64,000 nt of DNA, from the NCBI GenBank assembly GCA_010015805.1, contig ML978122.1, forward strand, positions 310,001 through 374,000, in the 5' to 3' direction. Below, one piece after another: positions 23,203 to 36,394 of this stretch. Position numbers and translations under genes: made by a program. The notes under the pieces were generated by a model that made no database searches, had not been told where the DNA came from, and saw only the letters and a list, made by a program, of their open reading frames with translations. How positions within the stretch are numbered: position 1 is the stretch's first letter; the number at the start of each line of letters is the position of its first letter. Source of the stretch: Rhizodiscina lignyota. Taxonomy: Eukaryota.

Positions 23203-23473
23203 ATCGATCCGATATGCGAGACTTCGGAAGAAGTGGAAACGGTTAATACCCAATTGATGGCGCACGAGCAGGAACTATTGGGTTCCCAAAGTCGAGATTG
23301 CAATGTAAAGGAAAAGATAAGTCTTCGGCATTGGTGCGTGAATTATGGAATTTATGTCAATTCTCCAGCAAGGCAACCATATGGATTGCGGAGTCAGAAT
23401 TAATGGTAGCCTGATGGGCTACCGGCTGTCAGGGTCCGCACTAAAAGCTGCGATTTTAGGGGCGATGGTACCT

Positions 23474-23487
23474 CGGTGCGAAGTCCG
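23474..23487. promoter_or_regulatory. CGG-N8-CCG inverted repeat, candidate Zn2Cys6 site in the phnZA/phnY divergent promoter
   Basis: CCTCGG-TGCGAAGT-CCGAGG at 23471-23490; the same spacing recurs at 18884-18897 and 18966-18979. Confidence 0.5.
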
Positions 23488-23678
23488 AGGCCCCGATAAT
23501 GGTCCACCACGAGTCGATCTACGCGGCAGGAAGTTCGAAACATCTTCGGTATAGTATTGAGCTGTCCGTATTGAGATAGTGCTATAAAGAGCTCTGTTCA
23601 TTAGCGTGCTCAATTGCAATAAGCCAGCATTCCATCCTGAGTATTTCTATCATCATCATTTTTAGCTCATCTTGAACA

Positions 23679-24666
23679 ATGGCGCCAATCCAGCTCACTC
23701 CGGAGCAAGTCGAGCACTACAAGACGCAAGGGTTCCTATTGCTTCGAGCTTCAGAGCACAAGCTTGTCAACCCAAGCGATCTTCAGTCATGGACAGACGA
23801 GGTGCGAAACTGGCCTCGTGTAAAAGGGAAGTGGATGCCGTATGACGAGATCAACGAAAGCGGAGAGAAACAACTGATGCGGACGGAGAACTTCGTCGAT
23901 TACCATGAGCACTTCAAAGCGTTGCTCTGCGGCGAAGACCTGCCAGGAATTCTGCAGCAGGTATCAGGAGATGTAAGTTGACGAAGACAATGAGCGCTAG
24001 AGAAGAAGACACAACTGACGACACTTGGAAACAGGAAATGTTGCTCTTCAAAGATAAGATCAACTACAAATCCGCAAAGGGCAATGGCTTCCAGCCCCAC
24101 CTTGACGCTCCGGCGTACGATCACATCGGCAAGATTGAGCATGTCACTGCGAACTTCGCTATCGATGCCGCGACTAGGGAGAACGGGTGCCTTGAGGTCG
24201 TTCCGGGATCACATCTGATGGACGTAGAGCTTGCAGACGGAGGCCGCATATCCGATGCTTGGACGAATGCACAAGAATGGGTACAAGTTCCGCTTGATGC
24301 TGGTGATGTGCTGATATTCGGATCTCATCTGGCGCACCGGTCTGCACCAAATCGCACAAGCAAGCCTAGGGCAAGCTTGTACGCTACATTCCACGGGAAA
24401 GCGGATGGAGAAGACCTGAGACAGAAGTACTATGCGCACCGCAGAGTCGCATTTCCTCCAGATCACGGTAAGTTGTGGCCGGTGGTGTGATATTTGACAC
24501 CATTATGAGATGAAAAGTATTGCTGACTGATGGTGGAATAGAGCGAGAGCCAGGGAAAGATTACACACAGGGGTTCCAGCGATACGCCTTTGCGGCTCCA
24601 TTTATTCCAAAGCAAAGCATTTCGGTTGAGGTGGCAGCACAGCCCCAGTCAGCAACCGTTGCGTGA
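23679..24666 (+). CDS. phnY: PhnY*-type Fe(II)/2-oxoglutarate phosphonate dioxygenase (PhyH family)
   Basis: LLFKDKINYK...GNGFQPHLDAPAY (HxD), ENGCLEVVPGSH, AHRSAPN..R; two canonical introns; divergent from the phnZ-phnA gene. Confidence 0.88.
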
Positions 24667-25256
24667 GTCGAGATGGCCCGAATGTGTACGCGGTCCAACA
24701 TCATTCTTGGAAAGCGAGGAATTCGAGGCGAGAGAGATGTGCGAATAGATAGGACTCGTGTGCCGCCCGTACTGATAAAATGGAAAGACTTGTTACACGA
24801 GACACAGTGGCGGAATTGCAGCCACGTGCTGCGCTTCCCGTACCGACTAGGGAGACGAAGGCGGGTTCGGCAGCGCCCGAACACAATCACTGGCTCGATA
24901 GCCCGCCTGTCCTGACGTTGCGAGAGGGGATTGAGCGCACATCACGGGTGGTTACTCGTTTCAGTTCTAGATGGCCTGCGAGCGCAGTGTGTAAGCGTCA
25001 AACTTGACCAAAGCGTGCGTCATCAGCCCTTGTTGCCGCAGCACACCCCCACCCTTTTCGTCGCATCGGCCGCCCCCTACGGTGCGTTACGACTCTCTTA
25101 TCGAGCGAGAGCGGCAGGTGCATTTCTCTTCGTTCAACTTGCTGCAAACTCTTAACTGTGACACCCTCCTTCTAGCCATTGAAGCTTTTGCTCTTCTTTA
25201 TATGTATTATTACCCATACCTGCTTCCTTTACAGAGCCCCCTGCACACAGACAGCC

Positions 25257-26636
25257 ATGGCGCTTGCAGACAGGAGAGCGGACAGCTGCGAGATCCATCA
25301 AGAACGCCGCAAAAGTCTCCATGCGCTCCAGCACCCTCTTATTCTCTCTCCCGAGGACGCTGAGCTACAGACCGTTGCCGCTCAAGACTTTTCCGTCCCA
25401 CCTCCTGCCTTATTACGCCCGCAGCGACCGACCGTCCAGTTCAGACGCATCGAATCTTTCCAGCAATCCTACCGCGAACAAGAGTACTCTCCAGAAAGCC
25501 TGGTGCTCAATCAAGCCTTATCAAATAAATCGGCCCTGAGACCTCGTAGCTTGTCACACCACCTTTCATCGACGAAGATACCGTCGCGATTATGGCTGAA
25601 GATACAGGCAAATTGGTGGCGATCTCTCATGAGCTTTGCTGGCAATTACATACCGAAACTAAAGGCGCCCAAACGGGCAAAGCCTGCCTTTGTCCGTAGC
25701 ATATCCACTGCTCCACAGGGTTCGAAGCCGATTGAGCTGTTCTTCTACACACCCCCAGATTACGCGGACAGGAAAAAGACCGGAAGGAAATATCCCGTGG
25801 TCGTTGACTTCCACGGTGGTGGATTTTGTTTAGGCCATGCGACAGATGATCGTCATTGGGCACGAGTTGTCATGGAGGAAGTTGGAGCAGTTGTGGTTGG
25901 AGTTGGATATCGATTGGCGCCCGAGCATCCGTTTCCAGGACCTGTGGACGATTGTATCGATGCTATACTCTGGCTTAGCGCACACGCCACAGAATACTCC
26001 CTTGACATGTCTCAGACGGTACTGTCAGGTTTCAGTGCGGGCGCGAATCTGGCTATCACGGCGCCGCTTCGATTCGAGTTCTTCACGAAGATGCACGATC
26101 AAATGCTTTCAGTCCCTTCGCAAGCTTCAGACCTCTCGCGATGGCCAAGCACTCAAGCCCTGATAGAGAACTCGCATCTGGAAGAACTCAACATCTGCAG
26201 CATTGTGGCATGGTACCCAATCGTTGACTGGACAGCATCACGCTCGGAGAAACGAAGGATGAGCCGCATGCCGAAGAAGACATTGCCTAAAGTCTTCACG
26301 GATTTATTTGATTACTCATACCTGCCACCGCCTGACGTTCACGGCTACCACTGCTCTCCATACACATCTCCCGCGCTCGCTCCGGATTACATGCTCAACG
26401 AAGGTCTACCGTCGAACATCCAACTGTGGCTGTGCGAGTGGGACATGTTACTTGCCGAAGGAGAGAAGTTTGGCCACAGACTTAGAAGCCTTGGGAAGAA
26501 TGTATCTGAAACAATGATACCTGAAGTACCGCACGGATTCGACCAAAGTGCGAATCCGCTAAGAGACCAAGCCAAGATTGATGATCTGTATAGGCAAGCC
26601 TGCCAGGGCATACGAGACGTTTTGAAACAGCACTGA
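25257..26636 (+). CDS. Alpha/beta hydrolase, hormone-sensitive-lipase (family IV) esterase
   Basis: FHGGGF oxyanion motif, YRLAPEHPFP, GFSAG nucleophile, EWD and PHGF catalytic residues; no intron. Confidence 0.9.
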   Translation: MALADRRADSCEIHQERRKSLHALQHPLILSPEDAELQTVAAQDFSVPPPALLRPQRPTVQFRRIESFQQSYREQEYSPESLVLNQALSNKSALRPRSLSHHLSSTKIPSRLWLKIQANWWRSLMSFAGNYIPKLKAPKRAKPAFVRSISTAPQGSKPIELFFYTPPDYADRKKTGRKYPVVVDFHGGGFCLGHATDDRHWARVVMEEVGAVVVGVGYRLAPEHPFPGPVDDCIDAILWLSAHATEYSLDMSQTVLSGFSAGANLAITAPLRFEFFTKMHDQMLSVPSQASDLSRWPSTQALIENSHLEELNICSIVAWYPIVDWTASRSEKRRMSRMPKKTLPKVFTDLFDYSYLPPPDVHGYHCSPYTSPALAPDYMLNEGLPSNIQLWLCEWDMLLAEGEKFGHRLRSLGKNVSETMIPEVPHGFDQSANPLRDQAKIDDLYRQACQGIRDVLKQH

Positions 26637-27310
26637 TTATGCACTTCTTCTTTATCTTGTACACAACGAGCGTTGTATATATATAGCGGGCATTGCACTT
26701 GCGTCTCTTTTGTTTAATGATTGCTTTTGAGCGGAACTGGGTTAGACAGGCGTCGGTTTCGCACATGTACGGAGTATTCGCGATTCAAGCTTTTCAGGCG
26801 CATGAGACGATAAGGAATCGTCCTGCTACAGCATGGCTCATTTGGTATTAATATATGCGGCAAATCCCAGCGATGTTTCGCTCCAAGTCATGGCTCTATG
26901 CATGTAGCGACTGGTTGCAGCGCCTTTAGAAAGTACCCAAGTACTGCCGATTCAGGGAAGGTGGCAATCCCCGCAAACATGATTCATCTGACCCCGGCGG
27001 CCCTAACAACATCCTCAAGTGCCGAACACGTTTGCTTCTCAATCTCGTAAGGCGGCTCACGGCATCTGCATTCCACGCGATAGACGACTAAGGAGACAAT
27101 AAATGTCGGCAGTTCGATGGAAATTCGTGCCGTCAAGCCGCCTCCAGGGGCTTTTCATCTTATAGGCCGAGTCGCGGACTTGAAGACCGTAAGACAGTCA
27201 GCTGGTGATATACATAGGTATTCAGACTGCCGTTTGTGGATGACCCTTCCTATAACGTCTTGCACTTGTCCTCGCTCTATTATTCCAAGGTTTCTCGAAA
27301 GCACCTCAAG

Positions 27311-29024
27311 ATGATCATCGAGGAGGTATTGGGCGCCGTGCTTGATAATTGGTTTCTGGTTCCTATCTTCCTCGTCTCCTTCTACGTGCTGTACAACCGG
27401 TACGGATATGGCCTTAACAGATATCCGGGACCTTTCTTGGCATCGGTAACAGACTTGTGGCAAGTATATGCTGCCAGCAACTATGGTCGCCATTTCTTGA
27501 TCGATCTGCATGAAAAGTATGGCGATATTGTACGCATTGCGCCGAACAAGTTGTCTTTTGCCAACCCCACTGCTATCAAGGACATGCTCGGGCCGGGCAA
27601 GGACTTCCGAAAGGTATGCCATCCAGACGCTCATTCCTGATATTTGAAGAACTACATCTAATCAAACCAGAGCGGATTCTACTATGTCTCAGCAGCCACA
27701 GCGAAGGGCCGGGCTTCTCCTTCGCTCTTCTCGACGCTGGATAAAGACTACCACGATCGCATCAAACGATGTGTAAACCAGGCTTTCTCAACGACGTCCC
27801 TGGTGAATTATGAGCCCTATGTCAACCACGTGATCACGCTCTTCCTGGAGCAGATGCACGCTCGGTTTGCGAACAAGCCGGGTAGCGAGGGCATTTTCAA
27901 TCTAGTTCGATGGCTGCACTTCTATGCCCTGGATGTGATCGGCGAGGTGGTGTACGGGAAGAGCTATGGATTTCTTGAGAGCGGGACTGATGTCGGCAAT
28001 ATGGCAGCGGACACGCAGGATATGCTGGATTATGCATATCTGGTGAGAATATATTTACTCTCGTACATGTAGATCATCCGCTCTAACTTCATTCAGGCAG
28101 GTCAAGCTCCATGGGTGGATCGGTTGTTCAAGAAGAATCCAATCACTATGTGGCTGACAAGAAGAGGCTTTATTGGATCACACATCAACCCTGCCGTCGC
28201 CAGTGCGATGAAGGCCCAGTCGGCTCGTGGCCTTGGAGACGCGAAACCAGAAGAGAAGGACCTTGAGAATGCCAAAGACGACGGCTCACACGAGGACCTC
28301 ATGGACCAGTTCATTAAAGCGAAACATGAACATCCGGACATGCTCGGTGATAGAGAAATCCTCATGCTCGGCATCTCGATGGTTCTCGCTGGCTCCGATA
28401 CCACTGCCTGGACTTTGTCAGCTTTCTTCTATTATGTTTTGAGGACGCCAGGTGTGTACAGCAAGCTCGTGAAAGAGATTCGAGATGCGGGCGCGACTGG
28501 ATTGTTCCCGTACACACAAACGCAAAAGATGCCATACCTAGATGCCTGTATCAAAGAGACGTTCCGAATGCATCCTGCTGGTCGGTTCGGGTCAGAGCGT
28601 GTCGTTCCGCGGGAAGGCGCAACGATATGCGACGAACACATTCCTGGAGGGAGTGTGGTCGTGATAAACGCGTGGCCCATTCACCGAAGACGGGACATAT
28701 GGGGTGACGATGTCGAAACCTTCCGGCCCGAACGATGGCTAGAGAATGAAGAGAGGGCGAAGAGGATGTATAGTATGCTCTCTCAGTTCGGCCATGGAAA
28801 CTTCATATGCATAGGTAAGTGAGAAGCGCTTTCTGCTGAATTCACGGACTAATTCCATCACAGGGAGGAATATTAGCCTGTTGGAAATGTATAAGGTAAC
28901 GGCAGCGACGCTTAATGAGTTCGACGTGGAGCTGGTGGATCCTGAGAGGGAGTGGAAATTGCTGGCCGGGAATTTCGTACGGCCTGACCGTGTCGATGTC
29001 AGAATTAGAAGAAGGCAGAAGTAA
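27311..29024 (+). CDS. Cytochrome P450 monooxygenase (pisatin-demethylase-like)
   Basis: N-terminal anchor + YPGP, AGSDTT I-helix, KETFR (ExxR), FRPERW, FGHGNFICI|G heme motif; three canonical introns. Confidence 0.93.
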
Positions 29025-30496
29025 GCTGTTCTAGAGATATACTAAGCACTGTTATCTTACACGAACATGTCTTATTTGGCGACATTGCCCATCAGTGAGC
29101 ACCATTACCAGTGTATGTGCAAAGGGATTCGGTCACTCTGGCGAAGTTCTCTGATATTCTGCACATGCTGTGGGAAGGAGCATCTTTGAACGCTCCGGTA
29201 GCAACAATGTTCGCTCGTTGCTGAAATGTCTTTGCCGAACTTAAGGCCTTAGTTGGAGATTCGTCTAACAAGGTTTATCGTGTAAGCATTTCGCGTCGGT
29301 CAAGCCATGCATGTTTCGTGGGTTTCACTCCTTCAACGATTCCCAGGCCGATCATCCACACTTGCCCTCAGACCTCCACCACACGCCCACAGCAATGTTG
29401 ATGTTCGCAATCTCTTTCCTAGGAAAATCATTGTGAAGCTCGCAAGGCTTTCAAAGGCGCCCTGTCGCCACACTTGTCTCCGTCGGTGTCCAGACCAACC
29501 ACTCGCTTTCTTCGAACATGATTCACTTTCGGTATGATGCCAGAGAAGACTTCTACCATCCGCACGTTAAACTTATTGTGACAGAGAAGCACAATTCGCA
29601 GCCGTCCACTCAGTAACGCGCCACCTTCGCCGCCACCGTTGACAGGTCGCGCCCGCGCCAGAGTTGCAACTTTGGGGCTTCCACAAGTTAGCAATACCGT
29701 ACACCGGGAGGCGACATGGATGAATGGGCAAATCCAGTGCGCAATTGAAAAATCTGGCTCATCTCGAGGCTTGCGTTGTCTGTTTGTAAAAGGCTCATGA
29801 TCTCTCAGTTTCGGTGTCTCAAGGCCCAAAACGATAGAATAGCACCTGGATCTCATCCGATTAGCTGGGCTTACCGAGCTTGGCAGCTACTTTCCACTTT
29901 ATCACTGAATTGTAGGGATGGCGCGACGGGGTCTAGTACGAAAACATGTCTCCGGTTGTGGGAACCAACCAAGTTTGGGTGGGCGGCGCCTAATTCTGGG
30001 TGGACCCCTCCCCGTAACTCCGATAATCTCCGGGTGCCTCGCTGCGATGCTTCTGAATGACGATCCGACTTTTACAGACGCGAACTCATCAATCCGCAAT
30101 CCTCAGGCTGCAAGCCTTGACGTCTCTCTGATTGCCTCACACTCATTCAAAGACCAGAGACATGTTAGATTGACGTTGGAAATGGGGTTGGTTCTCTTTG
30201 GAGCGAGGGAGGTCCTCAACTCCGGTTGGCTGCATTTTTCTCCCACCGGGAATCGGATGTCGCAGCGTGCGCCCTTCCACATGAACTACTAACTTCGTAA
30301 AGCGACTCAAGATTCCAAAACAGGACACCGATGCAGTGGAGATCAATTGACTCCTCATTATATTTGAAGGATGCTGCCAGTCCTCCATGGACCTAAAATC
30401 GTCCACGAACAGTCTCATCTAGCGGAAGGTGAACCAGTTTCGTTCGTTCGCACTCCATAGGACCAAAACGCGTTGCTAAAGCAACTCGAATCCGCA

Positions 30497-31871
30497 ATGG
30501 AATCCGGGCCTTCCATTGAGATGCAAACTCATGACGAAGAAACGAATACTGAAGCCCCAAACGCAGACACTCAACCTGGTTTCTCTCTGCCACGCGCAGA
30601 CGGAGGGAAAGATGCCTGGCTTTTCCTCGTCTCGTGCGTTATGCTAGAAGCGCTTGTCTGGGGTTTTCCATCCATCTTTGGAGTCTTTCAAGACTACTAC
30701 AGCTCTCATGAGCCATTTGCAGGATCTGGAAATATCGCTGTCATCGGCACGTCGGCACTGGGAACGGCTTACCTTGAGCTGCCTATCATTGTCGGAATCC
30801 TCAAGAAATGGCCGAAAATACGACGATTGTCCAACGTGGCTGGTCTTGTCGTGATGTGCTTGTCTCTAGCGTTGGCATCGTTTGCGAAGAACGTCCCACA
30901 GTTGATTGCGACTCAGGGAGTGCTATTCGCAATCGGAGGAGGATTTGCGTGGACTCCGCTCCTCTTTTATCTATCAGAATGGTTTGTGCAAAGGTACGGC
31001 TTTGCGTATGGAATTATTATGGTATGTTGCAGCACTACTATTGGTATCAGTAAAATTATCAAAGCTAATCGATTGCTTTCAGGGAGGCCTAGGGATTGCC
31101 GGTACGGTCTTTCCACTCATCGTGCAATGGCTCCTCTCGACGTACGGTTATCAGACGACTCTCCGCGTCTGTTCACTCATAATATTCTTACTCACGGCAC
31201 CATCCTTGGTCTTCTTCAAACCTCGGGTGCCTCCGTCACAGGTTACGCATTCACGGCGCTTGGATTTATCTTTCTGGACGACCTCATGTTTCGCTATCTC
31301 ACAATTCGGCAATATCATCGAGGCTCTAGGGTACTTCATCCCGCCTATCTATTTGCCTTCGTACGCAAGATCACTCGGGGCAGGCGGCTTCCTCAGTATC
31401 TTGACCATTATCCTCTTGAATGCAGCAGCTTGCGTCGGAAATGTCATTATGGGTGCCATGGTCGACCGATTTCATTTCAGCACTTGCGTGCTCATTTCGA
31501 CCGTCGGAACGACACTCAGTGTATTCTTGCTGTGGGGTCTGTCCGATTCATTGCCAACGCTGTACGTCTTCTGCATCATGTACGGACTCTTTGCTTGCTC
31601 TTGGCCGAGTACGTGGCCTGGGATAATGAGAGACGTCGTGAAAAAGAAGGAGAGCGCAGACGCAGGCATGGTATTTGCCTTTTTGGGCGCCGGTAAGGGG
31701 ATTGGAAATATAGTCTCTGGCCCACTCAGCGAGGCCTTGTTGAAGAGTGCAAGTTGGAGAAGTGCAGCACTTGGATATGGCAGCGGTTATGGCACCCTCA
31801 TCATCTTTACAGGAGTTACGGCATTCTTCGGAGGTTGCAGCTTTGTGGCCAGAAGAATAGGGTGGCTGTAA
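30497..31871 (+). CDS. MFS monocarboxylate-transporter (MCT/Mch) family protein
   Basis: LPRADGGKDAWLFL, FGVFQDYY, TQGVLFAIGG, EWFVQRYGFAYG; one canonical intron joining ORFs 30473 and 30906. Confidence 0.9.
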
Positions 31872-32665
31872 TGCTAATACTCTATGCCCAACACAGCACA
31901 GTTCAGCGGACCATCGACGGACGATTGTTCGCAAGCTTTTGTTCCGCATCGCAAGCTCGGATTCCTATCACAAACTGGACGGCACAACCAGTATCCGGCT
32001 CTCACATAAGGCCTCTCATTTGAGCCAATTTCACATTCGTATCTGTACATAGAATCAAGTATGTGACGCGAATATTGACCGCTGCAACGGTACTCGCCAA
32101 AATAGGAAGCATCGTGACACGCTGCCCCAAATGCTTGTACTTCCCGGCTCACAAGATAGATGGTCCGTATTTCGGACGATCTGTCAAGATTTCTTTGATT
32201 CGCGACAATCTTTCCTCATTAAATTTTCTTTAAAACTACCAAGGTAGATGCATTGTACTTTGACATGATGACTAAAAAACGTGAAGATCGTTGTGCTTCC
32301 GTTTACGCACCAGATATCCATCTCGACGCCTTCTCCAAACGAAAAGTGCGCCCTTCAGATAACAAAAGGTAATCGGCTACTGAAGTCTCACATTCAGAAA
32401 CGGTTTAACGTTTCTAGATTTAAACTCCGCTGAACACGGAATTGCACACAACGGCTTTAAGCATGTATCTCCGTCACTGGTCTCATTCCTTCTTGCCCAA
32501 CGACCCTATTTTTTATATATATTTTTTTGGTGACAAAAGTCTTCAAGTATGTTCTGCTTGTGCCGTATAAAGATCATTTCAAGCTTCAATTCTTATCCTA
32601 TTTGGATCCAGCGTCGATTCTTTTCTCACACAAACATTTCGACAAGTCAAAAGCTAAACGTCAAG

Positions 32666-33822
32666 ATGTCCGATGTCACTCTGCTTGCCTCTGAGCCCCC
32701 AACTGAATTGGGACGTTACCGAGTCCTGAGTTCAACCGCCGGCATACGAGTATCGCCGCTCCAGCTAGGCGGAATGTCCATTGGCGACGCTTGGAACGGT
32801 ATAATGGGCACAATGAGCAAGCCACAGTCCTTCAAGCTACTCGATGCATACTTTGACGCCGGCGGCAACTTCATCGACACGGCGAACATCTATCAGAACG
32901 AGCAATCCGAGATATGGATCGAAGAACGGGTGGTACAGCGGAATAATCGTGACCAGATTGTGCTGGCGACAAAGTTCACGAACGACTATCGGAACTATGA
33001 ACTGGGAAAGGAAAGACACCAAATCAGGGCGGGAATCATCGCCGAAGCATTCATATGAGTCTGCGGCACTCGTTGAAGAAGTTGCAGACTGACTATGTCG
33101 ACATCTTCTATCTGCACTGGTGGGACTACACGACGTCGATCAAGGAGATCATGGACACGCTGCACCATCTCGTCGAGCAAGGGAAGGTTTTATATCTCGG
33201 CATCTCGGACACCCCTGCCTGGATTGTCAGCGCTGCGAACGAGAATGCGATGGCGACGGGCAAGACACCATTCAGCGTCTACCAGGATGCGTGGAATGTC
33301 TTGATGCGGGACTTCGAGCGCGAGATCATTCCCATGGCACGGCGCTACGGGATGGCGCTGGCGCCATGGAACGTTCTTGGATCCGGCAAGTTCCAAACCA
33401 GGAAGGCGATGGAAGAGAGAATGAGCTCTGGCGAGGGGGTGCGACCGCTAGTCAAAACTAGATCACACACCGGACGTACGGAAGACGAAGAGAAGATTAG
33501 TGACGCCCTCGCCAACGTTGCACACGAGCATGGAATCGAGTCCGTGACAGCTATCGCATTGGCATACGTTATGAGCAAGACACCGAACGTGTTTCCACTC
33601 GTGGGTGGCAGGAAGGTTGAGCATCTGCAAGACAACATCAAGGCGCTCAGTATCAAGTTGACCGATGAGCAAATAAAGTACCTGGAGAGTGTCAAACCGT
33701 TCGATTTGGGATGGCCCAATAACTTCATCAGCGCCGATCCGAACGTCACAGGGAAATCTGATCGGATGGCTCGTTCTTGTCAGATGGCGTTTCCGAGTGC
33801 ACACGCAGGCAGCTCGATCTAA
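32666..33822 (+). pseudogene. Aryl-alcohol dehydrogenase/norsolorinic-acid-reductase-like aldo-keto reductase with a frameshift near 33010
   Basis: [61 protein letters not shown] 1-nt deletion at GGAAAG-GAAAG breaks GKGKTPN..GNHRRS and no intron explains it. Confidence 0.8.
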
Positions 33823-34613
33823 TTCAATTCATTAGAAGGAGTGTAGGTATCACCGGCTGCTTTTAGACCGATGCCGTTCGACGTATATCGGCGAGCGGAG
33901 CAAACGTTGTAACGTGTAAGATAGCTTTTGCAGAGGGATGCACAGAAGCCATCGATTGCTCACTTGCAGAAGAAATATAGGACATGTTTCTCCTCTCCTG
34001 ACTCAAATATGTCGCAGCTGCCTGCTTTTCGGCTACGTTTGTTCCCGACGTTAAGAACGGAAAATAGTGGAAGAATTTTACTCTCCGTGCAATCTTCTCT
34101 TACCATATTAAAGAGCACTCACCCACTTCATCCTTTCCAAGTTGATAGAGACGGCCGCTATCTAATTTTGGAGAGCCTGAAATCGATTCTCGGGCAGTGG
34201 AGGCGAGACAGGGGTCATACTACGCTTCCATTGATGTCGGGAAGAAAAAGTCGGGAAAGCAGGCTGCGCTGTAGACTCTCCGCAATGAATTTGTACCGGC
34301 TTAAAAGGTGATAGAAGACCGTTTGCAGAACTCTATGAGCTTGTGGCGAACGTTTCCACGATCAGAGTACTTTTGAATGCTGTCGTGAAATGAATTCGAA
34401 GACTTTGATGAAGTCGGGATGATGGTAATCCCCAGGGGGGGGTGGCAGCGGACTAGGGATGTTTCGGCACGATTCTTTGGCGGAAAAACAGGCCAGCAAC
34501 GCGTCATGTAATGGAATGCGCTGTTATGGGCCAACAGTCTAAACGGTCAGGCTCGATTGTGGCGAAAGAAGGGTCCCAGCTTTCGGAGTCGATATGCGAA
34601 TTGTTAAGTTGGC

Positions 34614-36394
34614 TCATGAGAAGACTTCTTCAGGCTCTTCTTCTTGTCCCGCCGCTTGCGAAGTCAGATAGCTCTGTACTACAGCCGACTGCAAAAAGGC
34701 TTGTTTCTGCAGTTGCGTCAATAATGTTACAAAAGTTAATGTGACCAAAGGCTTACTTGAGTTTCAAACTCCTGATCTGCTCTTTCCAATAGTTTCCTCT
34801 CCAGTCTTCGAAGCGCCCTCACTAGCAGCACTTCCTTGTCTTCTGACGCTGTGTTCTCCTGTTGTAGCCCTCGCTCAACATCGTCAGCACTCTCGTCCAA
34901 GGAGTGAAGTTGTTGCTGAACTCGGTCCTGCAACAAGCAAACAGCTCTCAGCTGAAATACGTTCCACATCTCGTCTTGTTCCAATAAATTTACGTATTGC
35001 TGCTCATTGATGATCTCTTGCTCTTTGAAATAGGCCTTCAATTCTCTTTCTCCATCGTTGCTCTGCAGCACTCGAAAAGAAAGCCCGTCTTCTTCATTCA
35101 CGACGACAAGGTAGAGAAAAGGCCCATGCCAGTCTACCCTTGTCCCATCCTCGGCGCGAAAGATCTTGAAACCAGGCGCTGACTTCGCGATGTATTTCTT
35201 TACCCTCGCAAGCGGATCGTCCTCTGGCATATCAAACGGCAAGAACATCTCTCGTGCGTCTTCCATGTCATCCTCGAGGAATCCATAAGAAAACAGCATC
35301 TCGCACGCGCCTTTCTTGTCTCCGTACGTGATGGTGATCTCATTGCCTTCGTTGAAAGTCTTCTCGTCATGAAGGAGAAGTACAGCATTTCCATCTGAGT
35401 CACACTCGTAAAGTGCTCCCGTAGCTTCTCGGGAAGCATGATTGGCCATGTCGACACACGGCACCATTGCATCTCCAATTCCAGGGAATTCAAGTGCACG
35501 TGAGCGATACCAGTTGTCAACTTGTAGCCAGTCATCAAAAGTGATTAGAGAATCCTCTGACTCTTCGTCATGGTCATCGGCATCGTCAGTTTCTGTGTCT
35601 AGAAATGGGATCGTGGCGGTCATTCCTTCGCTTGGAGCTGGGGCACTCTTTCCCCAAAAGCTCTGAGCACAAGCCGATACCCGTTTCGACGCTTTGCGGA
35701 ATGATTCGAACTCTTTTCTGAGAGAGTTCGTCTTGGCTTGAAGAGCCGGATCGAGAGTGGTGCCAGACAGAAGGCGCTGCAGTAGTGGCAATGAAGTGCA
35801 CGATGCCCATGCTGTTGGCAGATAATTGAGAGGTAGAAATTTGACATATTCTACAAATGGCGTTCGAACGCCCACATTTGAGGTGACAGCCGGACATGAT
35901 AGTGCCGCTTGAAGGAGGAGAAAACTCAAGATCGCACCTCTGGTAGTCTTCCATCGCGATCATTAGTCACGGATGAGAAACATGATTGATATCACAGATG
36001 ATCTACCAAAGGTGGGAGAGATATAGAACTCGAAATGGGCTGAGACGGAAGATTGAAAGTTTGCGAGGCTTACTTTTCCGAACTCTCCGAGTCCATCCAA
36101 TACTGCACGTAGGGACTTGTCTGACTTTCCGTATTGTTCCACGACTTCAAGAGACAAGACTAAATCCCTTGGGACCATCATGAGCGGCGAAGCCTCGCCA
36201 TTCAAATGCTGGGTCGCAACGACACCGCAGCCTCTATGAGGGATCTCATCAATCTTCACTCCGTGGAAACGGATGTCATTAAAGTCTGCCCATAATCTGA
36301 CAGATGAAGACGGTAAGTATAACCAGCCTTCTGACCGACCTCGGCGTATCATTCCCTGTGGAATGCGAGGACTCGGAGGAGCTGCAGACGCCAT
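34614..36394 (-). CDS. SET-domain protein lysine methyltransferase (SETD6/Rkm-like)
   Basis: RGCGVVA, YRSRALEFP, MVPCVDMANH, EITITYG, MLFSYGF; two canonical introns. The start could alternatively be at MIRRGRSEGW. Confidence 0.88.

Noticed and set aside
24900..31871. Esterase, P450 and MCT transporter (and the upstream CoA ligase) as members of the phosphonate cluster or of a secondary-metabolite cluster
   Set aside because: No backbone PKS/NRPS/terpene synthase in the window and no convincing shared promoter motif (one isolated CACGTG near 24823). Adjacency alone is insufficient.
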